This document shows, in pieces, positions 38,901-53,299 of a DNA stretch of 64,000 bases; position 1 is the stretch's first letter; every line of letters starts with the position of its first letter. A program made the translations under genes and the position numbers. Location: positions 16,120,001-16,184,000 of the forward strand of contig JBHGNT010000013.1 of the NCBI GenBank assembly GCA_043228905.1, written 5' to 3'. The notes under the pieces were generated by a model. That model made no database searches and was not told the DNA's origin. It saw nothing but the letters and a program-made list of their open reading frames with translations. This stretch comes from Azolla caroliniana. Taxonomy: Eukaryota > Plantae > Polypodiophyta.

Positions 38901-41900
38901 GATCTGCCTCAGAAAGAAGACTATAGCAACTTCTTTTAAGGAATCTGACCTGTAAGACTCAACAAGAGATGACATCTGAAAATGTTTTATCATTTTTGAG
39001 AACTGAAATAAATATAATGAAAGATGGATTGACACTTCTGCCTTTGATCAATCTCCACCATAGGCAGCTTCAAGGTAGAGAGATCTCCGAAGCAAGGGAA
39101 GAACATTCAGAACTGAGTGATAATGGCCTTTATTTCTCAATGACAAGGGCAAGGAGGGTCGTGGGTTATGTGCGTGACACATTGCCATTGCCTGATCTAT
39201 TTTAGTCCCCTTAGAGTGTCCTTGTCAAGACCCCACTTCTTTAGTCCTTGATTTACTTGTAACACCAAGAGTGATGGAGTGGAAGAAAGTCATGATTGCT
39301 CTTTGTTGATGAGCTGTTGTGGCTGTATTGTATCCTCCAATATATTCTCTCTATGAATAGTCCCAAGCATCTTTGATCTCTGTATTCCATTACATTATAT
39401 GTGGGCCAAAGCCTTCTTTGGCAAGGTAGTTCTATCTCCCTCTTATTTCATAAAAACAAAATAATGGCAGACATGATGCACTTCCAATTCCACGCCCCAA
39501 TAACACAATTACCAGATTTGTTCTTCCGTAAATTGCATGCGTATCTGCCTATCTCATTTTCTAATTGATGTGAAGACATAGAAGCCTTGATAATGAATTC
39601 ATCTTGCAACATGTATAAAAAGAGTTCCTTATAATGGGCATCTTCCTATCAAGAGATGCTATGAGATGTGGGACTGATTCATGTTCTTTCATTGTATAAT
39701 TAAATGATATCAGTTCACATTGCCTTTTTCTTTCTATCTTAGCCATGTGCGAGTGTGGACAACACAAGCTATATTGGAATAGGGGTAATGAGTTCATACT
39801 TATTCCATGAGACTGGAACCATTCTTGCATGTCAACATTCACCAATGATTATCTCCATCTTTAGCAAGCTGTTTTAATAACATAAATGCCAATCTTGAGC
39901 ATCTTTGTTCAGGGAGCCCCAAACCTGTTGGATACCGGTCACTGATTGGAATAATGCCTCAGTCACTATTGTGAGGAAATGATGAAATGCTTTGATTGTA
40001 TCTATGTGATTGGGTTCTTGTAAATGATGAGGTATGATATTAATGATCTTGTAGTGATATACATGTATTTGGTACCCATTGCTGAGAGAAAAGGTTTTTC
40101 CTCCCTTTCCTTTCTAGGTTTCTTTCCATAAGGCTAATATTAATGACAAACTTGGCATGTATAATCATTTTTATTGGGCAAGCATATGTCTTTCTGGAGC
40201 TTATGATATTACTATTGTCTTATGGAGGCATGGAGAATTAACAATGCATAAATGTAGGTTAGCAAGGAACCTTTGACATCTGGTTCCTTCTGTCGGATTG
40301 TTGATGACATTCGCTTTGTCTTAAGACATCCTGAGGTAACACAATATGTGGCCCGAGAAAGGTTGGATCTCTATAAAGCTTGGCTTCATCTATTAGCATA
40401 CATTCAAGGTATGGACTCACAGAGAAGGCAAACAAACATCCACATTGAAGAAGAGACAGAGAGCTGGTTTGTTGCTTATCTTGTTGAACTGCAAATGGCA
40501 AGCATTCACTCCTTACTCATTGAGGGAGCAAGTAAAACTGCATGTAAAACGGTCATGGATGAGAAGATGGCCCATCAGATGACTGATATATCTTGTAGAG
40601 AGAACCCCAAGGGTGAAGATATTGATCATGGGCATGCCAAAATTGGACGAATTTCCAAGGATAGTGATGTATCAGGGAAGGTGGAAACTAGTGGTTCATG
40701 CAAGGTGAACTCTGATAGAAGAATACATGTCGATGTTTCAACATCAGGCAAAGTTTCATTTCAAACATCCAGTGTTCCATCTGCTTTGCTCTGGCTCATT
40801 GCTGAATGTGCCAGAATTCTAGAGGTTTGGCTTCTACTTGATGCATATAGAACAACCAAGGTTGATTGGCCAACCTTGCAGAAAGAGTCTGCTCATCAAA
40901 GAACACCAGCTTTGAGAAGAAGAGGAGGAAGGAGTATTATCAGGGAGTCTCTTACAACCTCAGACGGTACTCTTTTGGAAGGACTAAATGCAGATGTGAG
41001 CTTTATACAAGGTCCAACATTTATTGAATGGTTGAGAACCAATCGACACACAGAGATAAACTTTGAACAGGAGGTTACATGTGAAAGGAGTGATGCTGCA
41101 CAATATCTCAGTGGATGGAACAGATTTCAAGAATGGAAAGGGGATTCTGGAATCTGGTTAATGGGATCGGATTTTCTAGGTTCAGATGCTAAATTTGGGT
41201 TTGTTTGGAATGACAAGGAGTGGCTTGATATAAGCTTTGATGTTAGTCAGCAGGACATATCACTCCATATCCCATTACACAGGTTTCTGGCTCTGGCATT
41301 ACAAAAGACTACAGAAACATGTCTCAATTTTGATCTGCAAGAAAGTACGAAGAGAAGCTGGCATTCCAATATGTATTTTGTTACGGAACGTGGGCTTTTG
41401 CAGCAATTGCTTCCACCACATTATCGAGCACCAAGTTTTGCTTCTTTGCTTATGGAGCATCCCCTCCGAATACAGGTTTTCTGTGCTCAACATCGTGCTG
41501 GAATGTGGCGTAGGAATGGCCATTCTGTGCAGACACTGTTTGACAACTACCATTCTGTCCGGTGGTAAGTATATTTAGTGCATTGTGCATTGTATCTTTT
41601 GCGTAATGACATTTTTCTCAATTATGCATAATCATGATAAGTAGGGGATTGCAATCTTTGAGAATTATCATTATTCAAACAGATTTATGTACAACATATA
41701 AATGTGTGATGGGTATATAATGCATACTGCTACACATTTTAGGTAGTACAAACTTTTGACATCAGTCCTATATTATCGTATATTTGGATGATTTCTCCAT
41801 CCATTACCAGATAATAGAGCTATTGTGCTATAAATTTTTATAGTTAATTCTTTGTGCCAATTTTATACAGTTTCGGTTTTGCTAAGTATCACCACATCCT

Positions 41901-44900
41901 TTAAAGGACCTAGTTTTTGGCTTTGTTGTTACCAAAAGGATATTAATGCATCCTTTGGACAATCTAATCCATTGGATCTTTAGCATTGTGAAATGTATTT
42001 TAGTACTGTCATTGAAGTACCAAATTTTTTGCATATTTTTCCCATGTGTGAGTTCTCTTTCAACTCACACAGCCTTGGAAATATTGAAAATATCTTTAAG
42101 AAGCACCCTCAAAATGGATTTTTTCTCGCATGAAAGATGCTTCAACATGCTTCTGAATCTCAATTCTGATACTGAGTCCTATGGGCTCATCTGTGAGTGG
42201 TCACCAGCTATCCTTGTTATGATTGTTCCATTATCTCAGATGGATGGACTGACATAACGAAGAGATGTTGGTATATTTGCTAGGTCTTCTCCTATGTAAT
42301 CTTCAAAAGGCATTAACACTAGTAGAAACAAGAAAATTCAAAATACTTGAGAAAGTGATTGACATGATTGGAAATAAAGTATTTGAGCATTTGAGGAGTG
42401 AGATTGACATTGCAATTTGTGAGTATTATGAATGAGAAGTTTCCTATTGGCATGGTATCTGGTTCCAAGTCTCCTATGATTGGTTCCAGTCTTTCAAAAA
42501 TGAGGAATGAAGTTGGAATTACTGACTGTTTTTCGTGCTAATACTGTGCAAGATTATATTCACTAGTCATCTATTTCACATGCAAAACACACTTGTGGGA
42601 GTATAGAAACTACGAAAGGGCTAGGAAATACTCAAAGTTGTGTCAGATATTGAAAATGTGGATGGATGGATAGAGTTCATAAATTACAAACGAGAGGAGA
42701 ATGGCTATAGAAAGATATACGCAAGAAAATGGAGAGATTATTGCCGCCCAAATGAAAATTGAATAAATGTGAATTTAATACTTACTCTTTCTTTGCTTCG
42801 TACCAAGTAATGAGCCACCGAATCACAACTCTGGCAGCATGGGATCTCCAAATATGATCTCCTTAAGTAAATCGGGTATCCACATTCTGGAGAGAGATAG
42901 TTCCCTTCGATTTTGGAATTTTAACCTACAGTGTTATGGTGTAGTGCCTGATTCCAGAATGCCTCATGTCAGTTCTTTGAAGATCTCGAAATTGTATCAT
43001 ATGTGTTAATTGGGCCAATTGATATTGTGTCAAAATCTTCAGCTTCCTAGTATCTCGTGGTCATATGTTGTGTTTCCCATATCCTCTCTTGGTGGGTCTA
43101 TAGTCCTAGTGCAATTTCAAACTGCAGCAGATATATTTGGATTCTCTGTCTTGATACTCATTGTTGCAATTTCAGACTTAGTTTCTTTATCAACGTTAGC
43201 TCATTCGACATCATAATTGTGTCAATGCATCATTAAATATTATAGGATAGTAGTCTGGGTTCATGTAGAGACATTAAATCCAATATTTTTTCTCAAACAT
43301 TCATTATAGGCACGGGGCCCCAGCCTCAAGAATTAAGCATGCAAACCTCATGTGGTATATTATTTTAACCATCTGGTAGTCTTTTAATTTCATTTCTTTG
43401 AGAAACTGGTAACAGTATCCTATTGAACATATGAGATACAGGCGACAGGAAGCACCTGCAACAATACCATAAGAGAACAACTCTCTCTAAATACTTTATG
43501 ATATGTCACTCAATAATTTCAGTAGGCTGTATATTCAGCCATTGTTCCAGTCACGCTGGATAGGAGATAATTCATATACTGAGGGCACAGTAAAACATTT
43601 TATATGCATGGTGATGATGAGTTGATTATCTTTGTTAAACCGTAAGTTGTTTTGATGATTTGGCCTGCATAAATTGAATTCTTTCTGCAATCAAAAATAC
43701 TTTACACCTATTCTGGATCTTAACATCTCAAAATTGTCGTAATACCGGTTGATGTTATTCTTGTTTAGTTTATAATGTTTATTTCATTATGCAGGTGCGA
43801 GGACAGCTCAGATTTGGACTTGTATCTTTTGCAGTGCTGTGCAGTCATGGCTCCCCCTGAAGATTTTGTGGAGAGAATAGTAACTCGTTTTGGCCTTGTG
43901 GATTATTTTTCACTATTTCTTCTGCGTCCAAATGAGTAATGACCCACTCTTATTGTGTAACTTACATTGAAAGTCTGTGGACTTCTCTTATAGTTATTCC
44001 TGGAACCTGCAGGTACGAGACTATATTGGCACAGCATATGTTGTCATTGTTGATTCAGATTGTGGCAGAGCGTGGGTTTTGTGGCTCTACTTCTGCTCAG
44101 TCTTGTCGCCGTGAGTTGATCAGAAGGCTTGCCATTAGTGATGCAACACACAGTCAGCTAATGAAGTCATTACCGCCACGCCTCCATGACAACAAACAAT
44201 GGCAGGAAGTTCTTCAGGCCGTTTCAGCTTATTCCAAACCATCTGGCATGCAACAGGTCTATCCAAGATGATTGCTTTATTTTCCTTATTGTTTGAAATA
44301 TTTATGTGGTTACAACCTTGTCACACACTTGTAGATAGCAGGAATTCCTGTTCCTAACACTTGTACAAAAGAACATGCTGATAGATGGGCTAGGATGCAT
44401 TTCTTACTACTGGGTAAATGTAGTCTATTTCTTAATGAGGAATTTGTGATTTTGAACAAGGAAAATTTAGCCAAATATACTGAGAGATGAGCTAGGGTAC
44501 ATTAATTAATACTGGGTAAATTTCATCTTTTTCTTAATGAAGAGTTTCTGATTTTGAACAGGGAAAATATAGTCTACTAGATGAATGTTGGAAAGAACTC
44601 GATCTTTATCATCCTCAATGGAATGCAAAGGATTTGCAGTCAGCTGAAGATCGTTATCTTTGTTCATGCAAGGCATCTGCTGTAATTAAACAACTGCCTC
44701 AATGGAAGAAGCCGTTCTCTCCATTTGAGGACCTGTCAAGAATAGCAACGTGTAGAAAAGTACATGACATTTTACGTTCAATCTTGTTTCATGCAGTGTT
44801 TTCAAAGAAAATATCAGAATCACGTGCACCTGAGGGTGTGCTTATCACAGCACTTCATTTGTTGACACTTGGCCTTGATATCTGCCCATCATTTTCATAT

Positions 44901-47900
44901 GATAAAAGCTTTGATTGCAAGTATTCTGGTTTGAAAAGTGACTCTAATATGGAATTCTCACCTTATGAGCCACCTCCTTTATTAAGCAAGGCAACAGAAA
45001 AGGTGCACTTTGGTGGTGCTGACAATGGTGGAATTTCAAATCGACAAAGTCTTATTTCGTTATTGGTGCTACTAATGGAGAAGTACAGGCCTGAAGCATG
45101 TGGTGGTGCAAAAGAATCACATCTATGTAATGTAGGGGTTTTAATAAGGAGTTTGCTGAAAAAATTTGCAGATCTCCATCATGGGTGTATGTATGAGGTT
45201 GAGTCACTTGCTCCTGAGATCTTGCATAGGATATCAAGCATTCAGGATTCATCAACAAAAGAACAGACATCCAGTGTGTCCGAAGCTGAAAGACGGAAGC
45301 TACTTGCCCGGGAGCGCCAAGCTGCAATCATGGTGCAAACTTATGAATATCAACTTTTCTGATTGCCACCGTTAATTGGAATAATGAAAGCATGCATGAA
45401 AATTCTCTCAACACAAATTTGTTGATGCTTTGGCATCCTCTTCTTAGTAGCATCTCAAATGTAGGAAACTGAAGAATAAATCTGTAGTACATACGAATGA
45501 ATCAATGTGATATGGATTCACATCATGATCTTTCAAATTTTTTGGATCACACATACTTATGTCACCTCTATTAAGGCTATGGTATGCCCAGAACCATAAA
45601 ACTTAAGACTATCTATTGACAGAATCTCAATTGTGACATAAAATGGCAATTTGATTTTTTTAGGAGTATTCTAAGGAATGCATCTGGATACCAGTAACAA
45701 AATCTAGTAGAGCTGGTGACTAATATCTTTCTATTAATGTAACCAATGGAAATGGAGAGTGGTTTTGAAAAGGAATTTATAATTCGTTTTATGCCGAGCA
45801 GGAAAAAATGAAAGCTGCACAAGAAAAGTTTGCATCAAGCTTACAATCTACACAAGAGGGCCATTCCATGGAAAAAGGACATCCAGTGGCTGCATGTGCC
45901 CTTTGCAGGGATTATAGTTCAGATAGCCCTTTATGTTTGTTGACATTTGTTCAGGTATGAATTTTTCAATGACCTATTTTATTATTTGTTTCTTTCATTC
46001 TGAAGCTATGAGTCTGTGCAGAGATCAAGGTTACTTGCCATAGCTGCAAAGGGTATTCCATCATGGGAAACTGGCCATGTTAAAGAAAACTATGAACTTT
46101 CTGTCAATAATGAGACTGGTGGTGTCCATGAAGTACAGGATTCTACCAGTGATGAATCTCAGATACGTGCTGAACTTCTGAATTTGATTCAGATGGCTTT
46201 GAATGGGGAGGTAGACCAAACTGGTACAATTGGAGTTGAAAGTTTGTGGGAGTTTCTAGCTGATGAGGGATATGCAGATGTGTTTGAAAATAGACGGGCA
46301 TCTTTAGATCCTAGGAGTTCAGAAACTTCAAGTGCTGAGAGTGAAAGTGATGATTTGATTGATGAGGAAAAGGATGACAGTACTGGTGATTCTGCATATC
46401 CTGGCATCGCTTTAGGATGCCTGCAGCCTGCTGGTGGAGAAATGGCTATAGATGAAGATGGAAATGACAAACTGTTGCAAAGTTCTATAATCAACATTCT
46501 CATTGAATACGTCAGTACTATATCACGAAATCATAGAGAGCGTCAGATGGTGGAAGCTGAAAATTCAGCAGGTGCAATGTCCCAAGGTCAACAAAGGCAC
46601 AGACATCCTAGGATCTCTCCTGCATGGCAAGGAGTATTGCCTGAAAACTTTGGCTCCGATGACAATGTTGGTGTGCATATGTCTTCTTGTGGCCATGCTG
46701 TTCATAAGGAATGCCTAGATCTTTATCGTTCTTCTTTAATGCAGAGGTATTAAACTGCGAAACATTATTCTTGATATTGTATTTCTACAATGTTGACTTA
46801 TGCTAAGAAAAAAATTCATTTTCTAGAATGTTGTGCTGTCAAGTTGAATAGAAAGATATGTGTAATGTTTCCAAGATGATTTTTTGTCTGCACTGCCTAT
46901 ACAGGTATCAGAGTAGAACCCTTTATGAAGGATTACAAATTGTGAACCCTGAGCAGGTATGCACAGTACAGCGATTTGATTATAATAATATATTGCTTAC
47001 TAATACTAATCAATATTAATTATATGAAATATTTTATGAACAGGGGGAGTTCTTGTGCCCTGTGTGTCGACGCCTAGCAAACTCTGTCCTACCTTATATA
47101 CCAGAAAGCATGAGTATTCCATCTTATGCATTTCCTAATGAATCTGTGACTAGTAATCAATTCACATCTATGGATGTTGATATGATTGATATCCTGCCCA
47201 AATCCCTTGTTGCTCTATCTGGGATTTCTTATGTTACTCATGCAATAACCCTGCTTCATAATGCTGAAGAACTTGTCCGGAAAGCTGGATTCAGGAAAGC
47301 TATTTCAAAGCCCCTTCCCAAGACTGTAAAAGCCGTTTTTGATGGACATTTCTTAAGGCTATGTGGCTTATATTTTCCTGGTAGAGATGTTACCACCAAA
47401 TCAAATTATTTTCGGGTAAGTCAAAGCTTACTACTTTGGGATGTTCTCCGATACACAACGATGTCAGCTGAGCTGGCATCTAGGACTGGAAACGAGAACA
47501 GGATATATACTCTTTCTAAAGCAGCATTGAACGAACCTGTCTTACCCTTGCTGGTTTGGGCTGCAAAAATTGTACGAAGTCAAAATCGCCAATCTGTATT
47601 ATTGAGGTCTAGGGGTATGCAGTTGTTGGTAGGATCAATAAGCTTTGGTGGATCCAGGGATTCACTATCTGAGCCATTGATACCTGGTAGGTTCATGTGA
47701 GTTTGTTTTGTACCACAGTGTTGTATTTGTTTCAGCAAAGTGAAATCTCTCTTATGCTCCTATTTAATTTGCAGGAAGTATATCAAGGATGATTTTGAGC
47801 CGATTGGACAGTGGCAGTGAAGCTGCTGATGTTCAATTTTGGAAGCGTATGGCTGATCCTGTGCTTGCTCATGATCCATTTTCTTCACTGCTCTGGACCT

Positions 47901-50900
47901 TTTTCTGCCTTCCATCTTTCCCATCTTCAGTGGAGCCGGTTATTGCACTGGTTCATCTTTTCTATCTTGTTTGTCTGATTCAGGTACATACCTTCTACCA
48001 TCATAAAATTTATGTCCTTTAACATGTTTATTTCCTATTCTCTTAATGCTAATGCTTAAAGTCAGTCCTTCACATTGGTTGAACTCCACTAATGCCTCTC
48101 AAATATTATGTCGTGAAATCACCAATGCTTTTTTTCTGGATTTTTGAATGTTTAATGTGTGATATTGCTGCATAAGTACTAGAAGCATGGATGATTAGGT
48201 AGTAGATCTAGCATGTCTCAACTTTGCAAGGTTTCCGGTTGAACACTTCTCTTCCAAATATGACGTGTCTTAGACAAGTTTTGATTTCTTGAGTGTTTTT
48301 AATTCTTATCTCTCACAAGAGTATTCACATAATGAAATAGATCATATGAGTGGCAATTAGGTGTGGTAACAAAGAATAATGAAATTTTGGCAGCTGATTT
48401 TCAAATGATTGGGTTCTCTTTATGCAGGCAATTGCTTTCATGGGTGAGACTATACTATCAAACTTGTCAGGACTGCGACTTTCGAGTTCCACCTGCAAAT
48501 TTCTACAAATTGTGATATCTGATTTGTCAAAAACATCAATATTCCAGAAATGCAATGACCAAACTCCTCAATCCTCATCCGAATCAATGATAGCAACCAT
48601 ACGGAGATTTACTTTGCCATATTTGCGCTGTTGTGCTTTATTTGAAATTTTGTTTTTTGCATCCTGTCTTGAAAAGACAGATGTGAATCCAAACATAGAT
48701 GCTGCTGCTGCAACAAAAAATGTAGATTGGATCAATCCTAGTAATAATGACATCAATGATTCTTTAGAGGATTTGAAAGAGCTTGAACTGCTGGAGGGAC
48801 AGTTTTTAATCCTGCCACTGCAACAACTTTTAGAGAGTGAACACAATCAGAAACTAATTTTAAGATGGTGTCAACACTTGATTAAGGAATCAGGGAGTAG
48901 AAAGCTTTGCCCTATCCCAAGACCAGTAACAGCAGTTCCTTTTAAACTAATGGATTTGCCTCCTTTATACCAAACTCTACTACAGCGGTAATTAACTTTT
49001 TTCTCTTTATCGCTGTGGCTGTGATTTCTGAGGGCATAACACTTCAGAATGATCTATCTTCTCTTTTTTAATCATGAATAAACCTGGATAAGGAAAATAT
49101 AAATCTTTAAGGTGATTGTTCCTTTTTTTTGGACATCATTGAAGTTATAGTCTGGTTGATAAATCTTTCCTGAGGAAAAGAAAGTATTTACTATTTACTA
49201 TTTCTTAGTGTTAAAGATTGGAATTGAATGCTATAAATCACTTTGAAATATTGTTTCTATTCTCAGGTATATTAAAGAACGATGTCCGAAGTGCACAATT
49301 GTTCCTGACCAACCTGCATTGTGCCTTTTATGTGGCACACTTTTCTGTGGTTTGAGTAGTAATGGTTGCGGCAGGTATTAATGTGTAATGCATTTAATGT
49401 TGCAAACTTGGATCTCTTGATAAAATTTAAGCTAGTAATTGTAGATTTTTGTGATTGTTCATGTTTTATGTACCATGCCTGAGCTAGAATTGCATACTTC
49501 AACTGCAGAGAGTGTGCCTATTTGAGTAAACAAGATAGTTATTCTTGTAGCATTTTGTGAACTTCATAACAAACACATTCATATTGCTTCTGCCAATTAG
49601 TCTATGACATGTTTGTATATGATGTTTGTATTTTTTTTTTTGGATGCAGTACAAATGGACAGAATGAATGTTACAAACATGCTATGGTTTGTGGAGGTGG
49701 TGTGGGAGTTTTCTTGATGATAAGAGTGAGTAATCATTCCATGCATCAATTTTCTTTTATTGACTACATTGATTTTGTTATTGTATAGAATAATTTTAGT
49801 ACCCCTATGAATGTAAACTATATGCTTAAGTCTCATGTAAAACGTCATAGTTCTTGACTCTGATACTGAACATTCCTGAAGACAGTTGGCTTTGGTTTTG
49901 CCATTTATGGTTCAATACAATATCAATCTAAATAGTAACACACATCAGAACTAGCTGGATATAGTTCTACATCATAAAATGTACACATGTGACATTACAC
50001 TGACCTGTGATGAGAATGTATATTCTGTGGGGGTTCAGGTGGTACAGGCATAAGTATAGCACTTATGAACCATATTTCAAAAGGAAACTTTAATTGTTTT
50101 AAAAGTAGGATGAATGGGAAACTGGTTATCGTAGGACTTGGGACAAACCCATCAGGATCTGGGACACGTGGAAACATGTGGTGGCCTGGGATCCTAAGGG
50201 GTTCAGCTATAAAGAGACTAGTTATCGTATTCGACACAGCATCTAAAGACGCTGTTGAGACTGTGTCGATGAGGCAAGGCTCTCGTATATCAGATCAATC
50301 GATTGGCCAACATCCAAGGTATAACATGAGGCCATATTTGGTTTTATGGGATGTTGATGGGTATTTGTGTTCGTTTCTTGTGCTCATAGGTGGTTGGATT
50401 TGTTAAACCTCTTGATCCATTTTTCCCTTAATCTTTTCATTAATTCCTTATCATTAGCACAACAGTGTAATATCAGGTACATTCATGGACTCAGTTGAGC
50501 ACTATTTATGAGTAGAAAGTATGTTGTAAGGAGAAAGACCTCAAAAGAAAGAAAGATATACTAACATCTTTTAAGAGGCCAAAATGGCCTATAACACCAA
50601 ACAAGATATTACATCTTTAAGTGTTGCCTTGTCTTTGAGAATAACAAATCAAAATAAATGTTGCCAAGTAAAAAAAGTAAATAAGATGAAAAGAGACTAA
50701 AGAATCTTGTTACCGGTACATGTAAGATTGTCAAGTCAGATATGTTGTAATTTTTGTCTTCAAAAGATCTATAGCATAGGTCGATCCAGAAATAAATAAA
50801 GGTATATTATGACTTCCAAGAACGAAAATGGTCTATTGGACCAGATAAGAGATTAGATATTAAATGTTGTGTCATCGTGGAAATCAACAAACCAAAATAT

Positions 50901-53299
50901 GGGCCTCCAAATGAAGGAAAGCAACTTTGGTGTTGAGCGATAATGACATTGATTTGCCAATAACAAGGGTAATGAAGCTGCAGTTTAAAATGAACTTGTT
51001 ATTGCTTTCCTTGAAAAATTTATTTCCATGCCTATTGATTTCTAGCAAGAACAGTCCTAAGCACAGTTCGTCTTCATCTTCCATCACACATGGAGCACAT
51101 ATAAGAGTGTTTGAAGATAAATCTGTCTCATGACCAGTGTAAAAAATACGAACTATTAGTGGACATTGTGGGCCTGATGAACATCGTTGGTCAATGTTTC
51201 CTGTTGATGTGGAACTGTATAACTGCAAATTGTTGTTCGCAGCATCCAGGGTTGCATATCTACAAAAAAGACGAGTGCAAGTAGCCTTTAGTAGGTAGAA
51301 CCGAGTCTCTGTGAATGTTACTCCTGGCTATTGGAGGATTGTATCATGGTACCTTTTCCTCCAAATAAGATTTGTGGTTCTGAAGGTTTACCAACAAATT
51401 TTACTTTTAGGCATCTAAATGTCTTTGTACTCCAGAGAGCTAGACATGGCATATGCTTTTTTTATGGCGATCTCTCCCAGGCATGCTCCTTAGTTACCAT
51501 ATTTTTTATGCAATTAGATACCTCATCTATATAAAGATAAAAGAGTGGCCATCCTTGTTTTACTCCCATATTGTGTTAGGAACTACCTCCAACTACCTAT
51601 TAGAAACGTGCTCTTGTCCTTACTATGATATAATGCATATACAAATATGTCATACAGCAGATAGTCTAAATATGTTTACCTTAAAGGTCCCTCCTTCATA
51701 TTCATTTTATGATGTGCTTTTATAGGGCAACATGTTTTATAATTGGGCATGTGTTTGAATCATAGTTGTTAAAAACCCGTATTCTACATTTAGAATACCC
51801 TGAAGTATTCTACACATATTCTACGTTTTAGAACTGCCAGTTTCCAAATTTTCACGTATTCTACATGTTCTACATATTTAACAAGTATTTAACATTTCAA
51901 AAAAGTTTTAAAATAATTTTAAAATAATTTTTTTTTAAAAAGAAGCTTTAAATTTTAAGAAATATTTAACGTATTCTAAGTATTTAACATATTTTATCTA
52001 TAAAATATGTATTCTAGTATTTTAAATAAGAAGTTAGAATATTTAGCATACGTATTATATGCTAAGTATTCTACAATGGTTTGAATATTAGTACATTTTA
52101 CTTCAAACTATTTTTTTCTAGAGTTTGGTATGTTTTGGACTTTGTTTTCTTGTGTAGTTGTTTCATAATATGCAATGGCTGTCAATGTTTCCAGAAAACA
52201 AACATTCTTCTTCAGAGATGTGCACGTCAAACCAGTTGGCCGTCACCATATCTGGATGATTTTGGTGAAGAGGTATGATAAAATGACCTACGAAGGTATC
52301 TCATTAGCGTTATATTTACATTCTTGCGGTCTATTGATGCTTAGATGGATTTTTTCTGCCATTACAGGACATTGACATGTATAGAGGAAAGCCATTGTAT
52401 CTGAATGAGGAGCGTTATGATTCTCTTGCTGCAATGGTAAGCTCTCTCACTGTGTACTATTTTATTTTTGGTTCTGTTATTATGGAGCTACATTCAGTTA
52501 TAGTAAATGCTTGCTTTTTCCCTAATACATCTCAAAGCCTAGTAATCCTTGGGCAGTCATACACACTCCTTTAAGTTTAGGATATAATGTAAATACCTGT
52601 TATCAGGTTCCAGGCTTCTGTCCAGAGGTGTCATTATAGCTTGGCTCATCTGAATAATCTTATATGTCTTCACTGGATGGCATCAATAGCCATGGATGTT
52701 GGTCATGTACAGGATCAATATTCATGGAGCTTGTTGTTCTCACGAGTATACAGTGATGTGAACATGTAAATATGCCCAAAATAACACAAACAAGTACATC
52801 ATCAACTCTGGGTAGCGAATACCATGCACTCATTAGAGAGCTGGCCCATGGGCTATTATTATGACTTCCAGTGTGTTTCCATTTAGTTCATACACAACCG
52901 CATAAGTTTTCAGCTTTCTCTCCATATATAGATATGTCACAGCATTCAGCATGATCAATCAAACAATTAGGGGATGAAATTCCTGAGTGAGAAATGCATC
53001 CATTTACACTGGTCGGCCATTGTTGCTTAGTTATGCCTGTTTCTTAGGCCCATTGTTGTCTGTTAGATGGTTCGCTATCCCAGCCATCTGTACTCTTTCT
53101 TGGCTTCTCCTCCCTGGCATGTCTTTTGAAATTATGTGCTTACAATTCAATTCAAGAAGTATCTTAAATATTGTAAGTGATATGTTTCATACTACTCACT
53201 GGTTTTAGTTTCTGCCATTTATAGGTTGTAACACATGGACTTGATCATAATTCCTTTGTCCTTTCACATACAACCCGGGAAGCAATCATGTTGAGGTGA
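35951..53299 (+). CDS. PRT6: E3 ubiquitin ligase PRT6 (UBR-type N-recognin, Arg/N-degron pathway), about 2125 aa, 17 exons
   Basis: UBR box (VCGEVWG..AYKCRTCENDPTCAICVTCF..GGGCCDCGD), split RING (SSCGHAVH..C, EFLCPVCRRLANSVLP) and C-terminal WPSPYLDDFGEED. GT-AG exons that keep frame: 35951-36004, 37008-38120, 40258-41564, 43795-43935, 44013-44256, 44562-45332, 45802-45954, 46022-46746, 46905-46956, 47044-47686, 47775-47983, 48428-48987, 49267-49374, 49650-49725, 52195-52272, 52368-52436, 53225-53299. Confidence 0.93.
51761..52078. mobile_element. hAT-type MITE in PRT6 intron 14
   Basis: 8-bp TSD GTTTGAAT at 51753-51760 and 52079-52086. Ends are CATAGTTGTT and ...ACAATG (right end decayed). 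GTATTCTA motifs repeat inside. Confidence 0.72.

Noticed and set aside
50500-51720. Possible antisense LINE remnant in PRT6 intron 14
   Set aside because: Too decayed; I could not identify RT motifs, a tail or a TSD.
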